This document shows, piece after piece, positions 50,119 to 60,327 of a stretch of 64,000 bases of DNA. The notes under the pieces were generated by a model. That model was not told the origin of the DNA, searched no databases, and saw only the letters and a program-made list of their open reading frames with translations. Position 1 is the first letter of the stretch, and every line of letters begins with the position of its first letter. Made by a program: the position numbers and the translations under genes. Origin of the DNA: Coleofasciculus sp. B1-GNL1-01 (GTDB lineage: Bacteria > Cyanobacteriota > Cyanobacteriia > Cyanobacteriales > Coleofasciculaceae); NCBI GenBank assembly GCA_040220235.1, contig JAVJTO010000071.1; one strand, 5' to 3'.

Positions 50119-52842
50119 ATGTCCTTATACCGATACATTGTTGCCTTGCTATTGCTCCCTATCTTGGCAACACCTCAGATAGTTTTAGGTCAACCGTTCA
50201 ATGAAAATGAACGTTTAGAACGTGCAGCTAGCGTTTATCAGAACGGGGATTGTCAGTATGCAGAGCAACTGTATCAACAAGTTCTTGAAGTTAATCAGAA
50301 TTCTGCCCTTGCTTACCTCGGACTAGGCAATTCGTTGTATTGTCAGCAGCGTTTTGAGCAGGCAATTACTGCTTATACGAAAGCGATTCAGTTGAACCCA
50401 GAAAATGCGGCAGCTTACAGGGGACGAGGAGATGCACTGAGAAAGAAGGAAAAGCTTGATCAGGCATTAGCAGACTACCAACGAGCGATACAGGCTGACT
50501 CTAATAATGCTTCTGCCTATCTGAGTATTGGTCATATTCTATTTTACGACAAGGATCAAGAAAGTGAAGCGATCGCTGCTTATCAACGTGCTGTTGAGTT
50601 GAGTCCACAATGGGGATATGCTTGGCTGTCTCTTGCAGTGGCGCTGGATTCGGAAGATCGGGAAGCAAAGGCACTTGATGCTTATCGGAAAGCCACTGAA
50701 GTTAATCCTAACTATACTGAGGCATGGAATCGGTTAGGGCTATTTTTGGCTAAGAAAGGTCAGTTAGAGGAGGCAATAGAAGCTTACAGTAGTGGGATTA
50801 ACAGTAATTCTGATTGTGCTTCGGCGAGACCTAGTGCTGCTCCTATCTGTGCTGATGTCTACTATAACCGTGCTGAAGCGCGTAGGCGAAGTCGGAAGAT
50901 CGCTGAAGCTTATGAGGATTATAAAATAGCAGCAAGACTTAACCCCAAAAAAGAGAGAAATTTTTACACTGCATTTATCTACTTTTTACAACAGGAAACA
51001 TTCAGAGAATATTTAGAGCAAAATTCTAGCAATTATTTACAGAAAGCTAATTCTCAGCTTGTGTTAGGTCAAATTAATGAATCTATAGCAACTTATCAGG
51101 AAGCCATTCGTACTGATCCGAACGATTCAAATGCTTATGCTGGTTTAAGTTTAGCTTTTGCCTTCATTGGAAATATGGATGAGGCGTTAATAAATTATGA
51201 AAAATCGGTTAACACATTTAATTTAGAAGAAACTGAAGATAATCCTTTGGCATTAACACCAACAATTATATCTAACAATCCAGTGATTGATTGGACAGGA
51301 ATGGCTGGTGCTTTTTTATATGTACAAGGAAAAAAGGAAAAAGTATTATCTATTATAGATCAAGCAACGAGGCGTGATTCTGGGAAATCAATGATGTATT
51401 TGTCTTTAGCAACTGGTTTTGGACAGTTTGAAGATGAAGCAGGAATTGATATTAAAGCAGAATGGAAAACTATATTGTCAAGAGGTATTAATAGATATCC
51501 CCAGACTCAGGGCGCTCAAATAATGCAGTTTATATTACTAGCTAGTCAAGAAGATATTGACAAAGCACATCAATATGCAAACAATACTTTTACGTTCAAT
51601 AATAGTGCCATCCAAAATCATCCAGAATTAGCAGAATGTTTACAAAATTGGCAAACCAATATATATAATTCTGAGTCTGTAACCTTCAATGATCTTTTCA
51701 AAACATTTCAATGTATGCCAGAAGATTTTTTAGTAGGAGGTAACACTGTATTTAATATTGACAGTTTGATTGAACACTTTGGTGGTATTGACTACAAAGA
51801 ATCTAATTTAAATGAAAATTTCGTGGATGCTAGTATAGACTTTCAAGTTGAACTATTGAATGAATTTACGAGCAGTGATGGTCAATCAGTCAATATAGAA
51901 AATTCTTCTGAAATAGCAAAATTTTTTAGTAGCCAAGCACCCTGGTATGCAGTACAAGGTTTGACCAATCAAGCCCAGCGTGTCCTTAATCTGGCACTAA
52001 ATACAGACCCAGAGAATCCTACAGCACTAATAACACAAGGCGCAATTGCCGCTCAAACTGGGGATTTAAACGCTGCAATAAACACCCTTTTGCAAGGACA
52101 AGAATTATCTGAAGACGAACTTAAGATATTTGCTCAAAATTTCAATGACCTACTCAACACTCGCCTAGCACCTCAATCAGAAAATTGGGTACAACCACCT
52201 CTTGAAAACGCTGATAATTCTACCCTTCGCTCTGTTGTCAAAATCCCTAATAATGACGGCGTTGGTGCAGGGATAGTCATTAACCGCCAAGGCGGAACGC
52301 TCTACATTTTAACAGCTCGTCATGTCATTGGTGGTACTAACTGTATTAATGCCAACAGTCAAGGATGCCAAGTCAGTGATAGGATAGCAGTAGAATTTTA
52401 CAGCCCACCCGGACAACAACCCATCCAAAAAATAGCCGAGTTACTTCCCCAAAGTTGGGCAGGAAACTTAGACCTGGTTGTCTTAACTGTTAGTGGCGGT
52501 GTTCCCCCAGACATTCAACCTCTACCCATTGCCAACACTCAACCTCGTAGAAATGACACCCTAAAAGTTATTGGACATCCATCAGAAACACGACAAGCAT
52601 GGTCAATTCAGCCTCACCGCTTTATCAACAATATTTCAGGTCAATTTGCTTGCTCACAGTATTCTTGTCTACAGCTTTCCGAACCTCAACTGAGTCCCGG
52701 TAATTCTGGTGGGGCAGTTTTAAATCAAAACAATGAAATTGTTGGTATAGTTATAGAAGGGACTAACAATGAAAACGGTAACTTCGCCTACTCTGCTAAC
52801 ACCATAAGACAAGCCCTACAACAATGGGGTATCCACCCTTGA
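50119..52842 (+). CDS. Secreted TPR-repeat protein with a C-terminal trypsin-like serine protease
   Basis: Signal peptide; many TPRs; triad motifs LTARH, LDLVVL and GNSGG. Confidence 0.9.
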   Translation: MSLYRYIVALLLLPILATPQIVLGQPFNENERLERAASVYQNGDCQYAEQLYQQVLEVNQNSALAYLGLGNSLYCQQRFEQAITAYTKAIQLNPENAAAYRGRGDALRKKEKLDQALADYQRAIQADSNNASAYLSIGHILFYDKDQESEAIAAYQRAVELSPQWGYAWLSLAVALDSEDREAKALDAYRKATEVNPNYTEAWNRLGLFLAKKGQLEEAIEAYSSGINSNSDCASARPSAAPICADVYYNRAEARRRSRKIAEAYEDYKIAARLNPKKERNFYTAFIYFLQQETFREYLEQNSSNYLQKANSQLVLGQINESIATYQEAIRTDPNDSNAYAGLSLAFAFIGNMDEALINYEKSVNTFNLEETEDNPLALTPTIISNNPVIDWTGMAGAFLYVQGKKEKVLSIIDQATRRDSGKSMMYLSLATGFGQFEDEAGIDIKAEWKTILSRGINRYPQTQGAQIMQFILLASQEDIDKAHQYANNTFTFNNSAIQNHPELAECLQNWQTNIYNSESVTFNDLFKTFQCMPEDFLVGGNTVFNIDSLIEHFGGIDYKESNLNENFVDASIDFQVELLNEFTSSDGQSVNIENSSEIAKFFSSQAPWYAVQGLTNQAQRVLNLALNTDPENPTALITQGAIAAQTGDLNAAINTLLQGQELSEDELKIFAQNFNDLLNTRLAPQSENWVQPPLENADNSTLRSVVKIPNNDGVGAGIVINRQGGTLYILTARHVIGGTNCINANSQGCQVSDRIAVEFYSPPGQQPIQKIAELLPQSWAGNLDLVVLTVSGGVPPDIQPLPIANTQPRRNDTLKVIGHPSETRQAWSIQPHRFINNISGQFACSQYSCLQLSEPQLSPGNSGGAVLNQNNEIVGIVIEGTNNENGNFAYSANTIRQALQQWGIHP

Positions 52843-52847
52843 GGACA

Positions 52848-53633
52848 ATGAAGTTGACCACAAGATATAAATATTTTACCGCTTTACTGCTATTATCATT
52901 CGCTTTATTTGTTTCCACTACGTCATTAGCTCAACAGCGCTGTCCTCGTTCAGAATGCCAGTATCAACGTCGGCAAAATCCCACTCGCTGGGAAGGTGTA
53001 TTGCCAACTCCATTAGGAGACAATGTTAATCTGGTTTCTTTTGCCGTCAATGGTGTAACTTCAGGGAGAGTTAACCAGATTCCGATTCAGATTCCTAAAA
53101 TTTGCTCTCAGGCAAAAGTAAGTATTCAAGCGTTTCAAGAACGGGAGCGCTATCGTCTCGATAAAATTAGTTCAAATAGTTGGACGCAAAATTCTGCGAC
53201 TCCACAAACCCTCATTTTTAATTGGGCAACCAATATCTTTCTGAGAGCAGGATTTGATCCAAGTCGATTGTTTGCTCTTGCTATTGATCAGGAGGATATT
53301 GGAGACGTTTACCTCCCCGTAGGTTTAGGAAATTCAGACAGTAGTTATGAGTTTGTCCTAGCTACCAACAACTATAATGATCAATTTATTGTCACAGCAT
53401 TTCAAATCAAAAAAGAGGGCAGTCCGAATACTATTTATGTAGATGATGATCTTACCTATAGAACTTTCCATCATTTTCAATGGAATGGTCGGGATAAAGG
53501 CGGAAATCAGCTACCCGATGGTATTTATGAATTAGAATATACCACTCAAGTTAAACTACCTAGTGGTAATCTGTCCAACCGCAACCGCAAGTATCGGTAT
53601 TTCAGACACATTAAATCATTTTTGCGTAAGTAA
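52848..53633 (+). CDS. Secreted hypothetical protein with a C-terminal FlgD-Ig-like motif
   Basis: Signal peptide ending SLA/QQ; WNGRDKGGNQLPDGIY motif; 5 bp after the upstream stop. Confidence 0.75.
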   Translation: MKLTTRYKYFTALLLLSFALFVSTTSLAQQRCPRSECQYQRRQNPTRWEGVLPTPLGDNVNLVSFAVNGVTSGRVNQIPIQIPKICSQAKVSIQAFQERERYRLDKISSNSWTQNSATPQTLIFNWATNIFLRAGFDPSRLFALAIDQEDIGDVYLPVGLGNSDSSYEFVLATNNYNDQFIVTAFQIKKEGSPNTIYVDDDLTYRTFHHFQWNGRDKGGNQLPDGIYELEYTTQVKLPSGNLSNRNRKYRYFRHIKSFLRK

Positions 53634-53639
53634 AGATAA

Positions 53640-55157
53640 ATGAAAGTTTGGCATCAGATTAAACTGGCGTTGACAACCCTCATTCAAGTCAGTCATAAAA
53701 TTGTTTTTCAGGGGTGGAGTTTATTACTTGATTTAGCTGTTAAATTGCATCAATATATTCAAGCCAATTTAAATCAAATTAACGTTTTCTTGGTTAAGTT
53801 TACGACTAAATTCATTGTCAAAGCTAAGAATAGTTTATTGAGTACAGGTTTGTTTTTATTGAATTTGGTCAAGCACACAACGCTAAAGATCCTTAATTTA
53901 GGATTAAATATAGTTAAATTGAGTTTTCACAAATTATCAAAAAATACTATAAAAACATTAAACTTTATTGCCAATATAAACAAAATCGTTTTAATTTCTG
54001 CATTATGCTTTTTGATTAGTATAATACCAGTCCTTCTTTATTTATGGACTACGGAAAGTGAGTTGTCAGGATATTTAACTGTTCAACAAGTAGAATTTAC
54101 ATATCAATCCGACTCTTCTCTCCTTAAAGGAATCAATCGCGTTAAATCTATTGACATTAGAGGAGGTTCAGAAATCACCCTCAGTGGTGTTATTGAAGAA
54201 TCAGAGATTGCGTCAGAGATAAAAAATGGAATTAATACGAAAGAAGGGATAACCTTTAAGCTTGGCAGTCCAGAAACTAGCAGATTATTCTTACAAAGCC
54301 TTAATCCTACTGAGAGCGAGATAGTCATCGAGGATTTATGTGTAATACCGGGGACGCACATCTCTAATTTTTTCTATAATCAGGGCAATATTAATAAGTT
54401 AGATGACCAAGGTTTTGAAATCGGACTCAACCCAAGCAACAATAACATTGAGCAATCTTCAGGAGGATGTAAAAGCAATTTTCTTAAGCTGGGTTTAGGT
54501 AAACAACTCGTACAAGTTACGGTAGAAAATGCCACACTTGTCAACCCTAACTTGGAGCAACCGATTAAAAATTTGAAATTTAAGCTACAACCCCGAGCAT
54601 ATACGAGACAGTTGCCAATTATTAGCAGGTCAATTATATATATTGATCTGCCACCAGAATCACGAGCAGAATTGGATTATGCTGCAAAATTTCCAGACAA
54701 AAGCAACAGTTCTGATTGGTTGGGTCGAAGACTTGAGGTTAGTGATCTAAGCTTAGAAAGAATCGAAGAGGCTGATAATCCCAACGAGAGAACAAAACAG
54801 TCTAACCTGATCAAAGGTCAGTTATTTTTGAATAAAAGCGTCTTAGAGATTGATCAAGGACAATTTTTATGTACTGAAGGATCTGGAATTGAGAGTATTG
54901 AACAAATTCTGATTGTTCCTGATGGATTAAAGTTGAACATTAGCGGTAAAGCTTCTCACCTCAAAACATCCTTAAATGCCTCTTGTCAAGATTCGACAGT
55001 ATCAGAAATACGGTCAAATAAACTTTTTACCTTAGTTCCCAAAGATACAGTAGAGTTGCTTGTAATCCCTTTTGCTTCTGCTGCTTTTGGTTCATTCATT
55101 GTTTTTCTCGTGCAAATCATGGCAGATTTACAAAAGTCTCACCCGAAAACACCATGA
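53640..55157 (+). CDS. Hypothetical membrane protein (two TM helices flanking a large soluble region)
   Basis: 505-aa ORF 6 bp after the previous gene; hydrophobic segments near aa 115-135 and near the C-terminus. Confidence 0.75.
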   Translation: MKVWHQIKLALTTLIQVSHKIVFQGWSLLLDLAVKLHQYIQANLNQINVFLVKFTTKFIVKAKNSLLSTGLFLLNLVKHTTLKILNLGLNIVKLSFHKLSKNTIKTLNFIANINKIVLISALCFLISIIPVLLYLWTTESELSGYLTVQQVEFTYQSDSSLLKGINRVKSIDIRGGSEITLSGVIEESEIASEIKNGINTKEGITFKLGSPETSRLFLQSLNPTESEIVIEDLCVIPGTHISNFFYNQGNINKLDDQGFEIGLNPSNNNIEQSSGGCKSNFLKLGLGKQLVQVTVENATLVNPNLEQPIKNLKFKLQPRAYTRQLPIISRSIIYIDLPPESRAELDYAAKFPDKSNSSDWLGRRLEVSDLSLERIEEADNPNERTKQSNLIKGQLFLNKSVLEIDQGQFLCTEGSGIESIEQILIVPDGLKLNISGKASHLKTSLNASCQDSTVSEIRSNKLFTLVPKDTVELLVIPFASAAFGSFIVFLVQIMADLQKSHPKTP

Positions 55158-55257
55158 TTTTAACGATAAAGTACCTATTGCCTTAATTCAGGTTTAGCCA
55201 CCAGTATGGCAATCTTGTACTCGACTGGTGGTCTAGTCGAATACAAATATATATATA

Positions 55258-55806
55258 TTAATGATCCCAGGATTCATCAAACATCAAATTCCGAACATTC
55301 TTTAACACAAAATTCCCCGTCTCTTTGCTTAATTCACCCAGACAGATTATCGGATAACGTTCTTGATAGGCTTTAACTGCTAAAATATAGTCATAACCTG
55401 TTAACTCTGTCTTAATTTTTCGCAGTTTATCTCCCACAACACCCAGCAACATTATCTGACCACTTAAGGGGTCAGAATTCGGCGTGTTAATGTGCATCAC
55501 CACTCCCTGAAGTGTAATCGTTTGTCCACCAGAAAGCAGTTCACTCAAAATCTCAACTTGAGAACGACTCTCGACAACGGCTAACGTTTCAATCGCCTCA
55601 CTAATGCGAGTAACATAATCCCCTAGATTGGTTTTTAGAGGCAACAAAATCTCAAACTTCCCCCGTTGCTCATCCTGCTTGAGCCAAATCATAGCATTAT
55701 CCAAAAATGGACGGTCTTCATACCAGCCATGAGCTTTTAAATACGCCTGAAGCTGTTTCGGTTCTATGCTTTTTAAACATTCAATATCTCGCACCGTTAC
55801 ATTCAT
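55258..55806 (-). CDS. Hypothetical protein
   Basis: ATG at 55806 (MNVTVRD..QLQAYLKAHGW). The upstream extension in the ORF track is MITE sequence. Confidence 0.7.
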   Translation of the reverse strand: MNVTVRDIECLKSIEPKQLQAYLKAHGWYEDRPFLDNAMIWLKQDEQRGKFEILLPLKTNLGDYVTRISEAIETLAVVESRSQVEILSELLSGGQTITLQGVVMHINTPNSDPLSGQIMLLGVVGDKLRKIKTELTGYDYILAVKAYQERYPIICLGELSKETGNFVLKNVRNLMFDESWDH

Positions 55807-56082
55807 AAGTAGGTGTACACAATTAAAGTTAACGGTTGAGATTAAGCTGTTCGGCATTTAAACCTTCATGTCAATAATGGCGAAATCCTTGCCGTAGTGC
55901 GTTAAGCGAAGCCATGCCGCAGGCTTTGCATCTTGCTCGCTGCATTGAGCATCTTGCTAAGACGCTGTATCATTAATTGATATTAAATGCGGGTTAGCCA
56001 CCCCCTTGATAATTTAGTCCGCGTAGGCGGACTTTGTTTGTGTAGCAGCGACTTCTAGTCGCCATGGCAAAAAGGGCATTTC

Positions 56083-58365
56083 TTATAAGAATATTAATGG
56101 GGGAACGTCTGAACTAGCTGAAATTACCTGACCAATAATGCGACTCTGTTGATATCCTAATTCTTGCAGAACCTGCTCACACTTTACCGCCTGTTCACTA
56201 GGAATCGTCGCCAATAACCCGCCAGAGGTTTGTGGATCAAAAAGTACCGGATAATTAGCGCGATCGCAAATCTCTTCTTGATTCCTGATAAACCGTGCAG
56301 CTTGGACATTCTGGGGATACAGTGAACTGACAATTCCCTGCTGCACAAGTTCCGTCACCCCCTCCAGCAGGGGAATTTTATCCCACTCTAAATCCACCGC
56401 CACCCCCGATGCTTGCACCATTTCTACTAAATGTCCCACGAGTCCAAATCCTGTCACATCCGTACAAGCCGTGACACCATGATCTCGGAATACCTTAACC
56501 GCTTCCTGATTCGACAACAACATCGACTCAACCGCCTGATCAATCCAGTATCCTTTTACCTGCAAACGTTGATGTGCAGCAAATAAAATTCCCGTTCCTA
56601 AGGCTTTAGTCAAAATTAAGCGATCGCCTGGTTTCATCCCACTTTTTTTAATCAGTTGCTGAGGATACACTAATCCATTACAGGATAAACCAAAGGCTAA
56701 TTCTGTCCCTTCTGTGGTATGTCCTCCCACCAACGGCGCTTGTACCTGCGATAATACCTTCATCGCCCCTGATAACAATTGATAGAGGGTTTCCTCCTGT
56801 TTAGCGGCTGTCGCATAAGGTACTGTTACCATTGCCAAAACACTCTGAGGCGTCGCACCCATGGCAAATAAATCGCTGAGACAGTGATGGGTGCTAATTT
56901 GTCCAAAGATGAAGGGATCATTGATTAAAGTGCGAAAATAATCAACCGTTTGCACTAATAGTTTATCGGCGGGAACTTTTAGCACCGCTGCATCATCGGG
57001 CGTTCCCAATCCGAGAATAATCTCCTCTGGCGTGGGGAAAGGATACTCATCCTGCACCCGTTTTAATACTCGTTCTAGGGTAGGGCTACCCACTTTAGAA
57101 CCACAGCCAGCGCAATACATCGGTGGGGCGTTTTTCGGTGTCCCTAAACGGGGGTATTTCGTCAAGTTTGGCGTTTTCTCTGGAACAGGATTAACTGATT
57201 CCATTTCTGGCAACTCCCTAAATTGTCGCATAAACTTGCGATCAATATAATCCTTCCAACGCCATAGTAGTCGGGAATGCCAGCCAAAGGGACCCCAAGA
57301 GGCGATCGCGCTTCCATCACCTGTGCCAATTAAACTCAAATACCGCCGTTGAGGTTTGTAAGGATGTAGCGCTTTTCCTTGTACAAAGTGACGCAAATTG
57401 TCCACTAAAGGCTTCCCTTGACGCACCGCAAATACCCCGGCTTTCGGACGAGGATGATTCACCATGGTGGCGATATCACCAGCGGCAAAAATATGAGGAT
57501 GAGAGAGGGATTGTAAGGTATCACCGACTGAAATAAAACCCTTTGAAGTGGTATGCAATCCTGATTCAGCAATCCAACTCGGTGCAGAGGCTTGCGTTAC
57601 CCAGAAGCTATAATTACAATCGACAACTAAACCAGACTCACAGCAAATTTTATCCGGCAATATCTGAGAAACCGTTTCCCCTAAATGCACCTGAATTCCC
57701 CGTTTTGTAAGCAACTTCTCAACATATCGCTGCGCCCAGGAATTATGACCTGGTAATAGTTGATTTCCCCGATGAAATAAATGAATTTTTACAGACGTGC
57801 CATGGCGCGTCTCTACATTAATAATACGCCGTTGCATTGTCATTGCCAGTTCTACCCCACCTGCACCACCGCCAACAATTCCTAAACTCAGGGAGGGTTT
57901 AGGATGTTGTGCAAGAGTTTCAATAATTCGATTCCATTCCTTTAAAAATTGGGGGACAGGTTTAGCCGGAATCACGTATTTAGCTACGCCAGAAACCGAT
58001 TCTTGCGCCGGGGTACTACCAATATCAATTGACAAGACATCAAAGGCAACGGGAGGACGATTGGCACAGATAACCTTATTCGAGTTTAAATTTAAACCTA
58101 CGGCTTTATCGATATACAATTGAGCGCCAGCAAATTGAGCAAGACGTTGCAAATCGATATGACATTCATCAAAAGTATAGAACCCCGCCACATGACCCGG
58201 TAGCATTCCAGAATAGGGGGTATGAGACACATTGGTAATCAGCGTCAACCGCACTCCAGGCAAGGGATTCATCCCCAACATCCGCAGTGCGATCGCATGG
58301 CTATGACCGCCGCCGATCAGGACTAAATCTTTGTCCTTTGTCCTTTGTCCTTTGTCCTTTGTCAT
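56083..58365 (-). CDS. selD: Selenide, water dikinase fused to an N-terminal FAD-dependent oxidoreductase
   Basis: GGGHSH, YSGMLPG and AAGD oxidoreductase motifs; CAGCGSK, DDAA, TVDYF, GGHT, TDVTGFGL and DPQTSGGLL SelD motifs. Confidence 0.93.
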   Translation of the reverse strand: MTKDKGQRTKDKDLVLIGGGHSHAIALRMLGMNPLPGVRLTLITNVSHTPYSGMLPGHVAGFYTFDECHIDLQRLAQFAGAQLYIDKAVGLNLNSNKVICANRPPVAFDVLSIDIGSTPAQESVSGVAKYVIPAKPVPQFLKEWNRIIETLAQHPKPSLSLGIVGGGAGGVELAMTMQRRIINVETRHGTSVKIHLFHRGNQLLPGHNSWAQRYVEKLLTKRGIQVHLGETVSQILPDKICCESGLVVDCNYSFWVTQASAPSWIAESGLHTTSKGFISVGDTLQSLSHPHIFAAGDIATMVNHPRPKAGVFAVRQGKPLVDNLRHFVQGKALHPYKPQRRYLSLIGTGDGSAIASWGPFGWHSRLLWRWKDYIDRKFMRQFRELPEMESVNPVPEKTPNLTKYPRLGTPKNAPPMYCAGCGSKVGSPTLERVLKRVQDEYPFPTPEEIILGLGTPDDAAVLKVPADKLLVQTVDYFRTLINDPFIFGQISTHHCLSDLFAMGATPQSVLAMVTVPYATAAKQEETLYQLLSGAMKVLSQVQAPLVGGHTTEGTELAFGLSCNGLVYPQQLIKKSGMKPGDRLILTKALGTGILFAAHQRLQVKGYWIDQAVESMLLSNQEAVKVFRDHGVTACTDVTGFGLVGHLVEMVQASGVAVDLEWDKIPLLEGVTELVQQGIVSSLYPQNVQAARFIRNQEEICDRANYPVLFDPQTSGGLLATIPSEQAVKCEQVLQELGYQQSRIIGQVISASSDVPPLIFL

Positions 58366-58687
58366 TGGTCAGGGGTTGACACTTATATGCCTAATTTACC
58401 ATAGTTAAGTTTCTTGAGACTAACCCCTTTCTAATTCTTGGCTTTGATTTGATTATCCTAATAGTAGGTTGGGTTGAGGAACGAGACCCAACACTAGCTA
58501 GGTTTAGCTCGTTGGGTTTCACTCTGTTCAACCCAACCTACAACGTTTGCTCAAAGACAAAGTAACAAATACTTTATCTCATATTTATATTCATCTAACC
58601 TTTATGAAGTTTCAATGAAGTCAGAGAATAATGATTCACTACACTTATATAATTTTAATTACCTAGAATATTATTTCATTCCCACAA

Positions 58688-60079
58688 ATGTGCAAGCCTT
58701 TTTATCTATTGTTCAGGAGTCTACCCTCCCTGATTATACCCTTAATTTTCACTTCTCCAGCCGCTGCCGTTCAACTGACCGGACGCGCTATTTTGGGGGC
58801 AGATACATTCGCCCCAGGTCCCACCTCAGGACAACAATTTCCCATCTCCTTTACCGATCAACAACCCGTGCAGGGCTTTTCGGCTGTTTTACCGGGACCT
58901 AAACCCGGAACCTTTCGGGTTATGACAGATAACGGTTTTGGTCGTAAAAGCAATTCGGCTGATTTTCTGCTCCGGGTTTATGCTGTCGAACCCGATTTTA
59001 CCACAGGTCAAGTTTTTCCCGTTAATTTCCAAACGGGGGAACGCCTGACTCGCTTTAGCCAGGAAAGTTTTTTACAGTTACATGATCGGGATAATCAGAT
59101 AGACTTTCCGATTATTGCTGAACAATCATTTTATCCAGACACCACCATTCCTGTAGACCCAATGATTCAATCCAATCGCTGGTTAACGGGTGCTGATTTT
59201 GACATTGAATCCTTCCGTCAAGCGAGTGATGGAACCTACTGGTTTGGTGATGAATTTGGTCCCTTTCTCTTCCATGTTTCGGCAGAAGGTCAAGTTCTGG
59301 ATGCGCCAATTTCGCTGCCCAATTTTCTTGGTCTAGGTGATAACCCCCTGGTTCAATCTCCTGATAATCTTCAATTAGACGGTACAGCCAATTTAGAGGA
59401 TTCTAAAGGATTTGAAGGGCTGGCACTCAATAGCAGTGGTACTAAACTCTACGCCATGCTGGAAGGGGCATTGATACCTGATGACCAAGGCGATCGCCTG
59501 CTGATTAATGAGTTTGATTTAGACCAGCAACAGTATACAGGTAAAACGTTTTTCTATCAACAAGATCCCCAAAGTCAAGCCATTAGTGATTTGACCGCAA
59601 TTAATGACCATGAGTTTCTGGTCATTGAGCGCGATAACAAACAAGGTGATCCTAATAATCCAAAATTTACTAGACCTGCTGAATTTAAGCGGATTTACAA
59701 AATCGACATCAATCAGATAGATAGTAACGGTTTTGTCCAAAAAGAATTAGTAGTGGATTTGCTGAATATTCCTGATCCCGATAATTTGGGCGGTAATGGT
59801 ACAACAGATGGAGTATTTACGTTCCCCTTTGTTACGATTGAAAGCGTATTGCCTATGGATGAGAAAACCCTACTGGTAATGAATGATAATAATTACCCAT
59901 TTTCTAAGGGGCGTAGTCCTGGCCAATCGGATAATAACGAATTTATCCTAGTCCAACTCGATCAACCCTTAAATCTTGATCCGTCTCAGGCTACCCCTGT
60001 CCCTGAACCGATGACTATTGTGGGTTCGGCTGTGGCGTTAGGGTTTGGTGTCTTATTTAAATCTAAAAAAAGGCAGTAA
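58688..60079 (+). CDS. Phytase-like esterase family protein with a PEP-CTERM sorting tail
   Basis: TDNGFG, DIES, GDEFGP, GFEG and NDNNYP motifs; C-terminal VPEP + TM + KSKKRQ. Confidence 0.9.
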   Translation: MCKPFYLLFRSLPSLIIPLIFTSPAAAVQLTGRAILGADTFAPGPTSGQQFPISFTDQQPVQGFSAVLPGPKPGTFRVMTDNGFGRKSNSADFLLRVYAVEPDFTTGQVFPVNFQTGERLTRFSQESFLQLHDRDNQIDFPIIAEQSFYPDTTIPVDPMIQSNRWLTGADFDIESFRQASDGTYWFGDEFGPFLFHVSAEGQVLDAPISLPNFLGLGDNPLVQSPDNLQLDGTANLEDSKGFEGLALNSSGTKLYAMLEGALIPDDQGDRLLINEFDLDQQQYTGKTFFYQQDPQSQAISDLTAINDHEFLVIERDNKQGDPNNPKFTRPAEFKRIYKIDINQIDSNGFVQKELVVDLLNIPDPDNLGGNGTTDGVFTFPFVTIESVLPMDEKTLLVMNDNNYPFSKGRSPGQSDNNEFILVQLDQPLNLDPSQATPVPEPMTIVGSAVALGFGVLFKSKKRQ

Positions 60080-60327
60080 ATTTTGAATAAAGGGGGGTTT
60101 TGTTGATCAAGTCAATACTTACGCAGTTAACCGATTCATAAGTCCGCTCCCTTGTCTAACCCTCCCCCTGCTTCCCCTGCTCCCCCTGCTTCCCCTGCTC
60201 CCCCTGCTCCCCCTGCTTTTCCTATCTACTATGTTTGAGCGCAACTCGGTATTAGTATCTCTCTCAAGCTAGATTGATTCCCAGAAGGGCATCGGCATAA
60301 TGAAGGGAAACAAAAGGAGAACCTGTG

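Noticed and set aside
57100..57125. Selenocysteine recoding in selD
   Set aside because: The catalytic motif is Cys-encoded (CAGCGSK) and there is no in-frame TGA.
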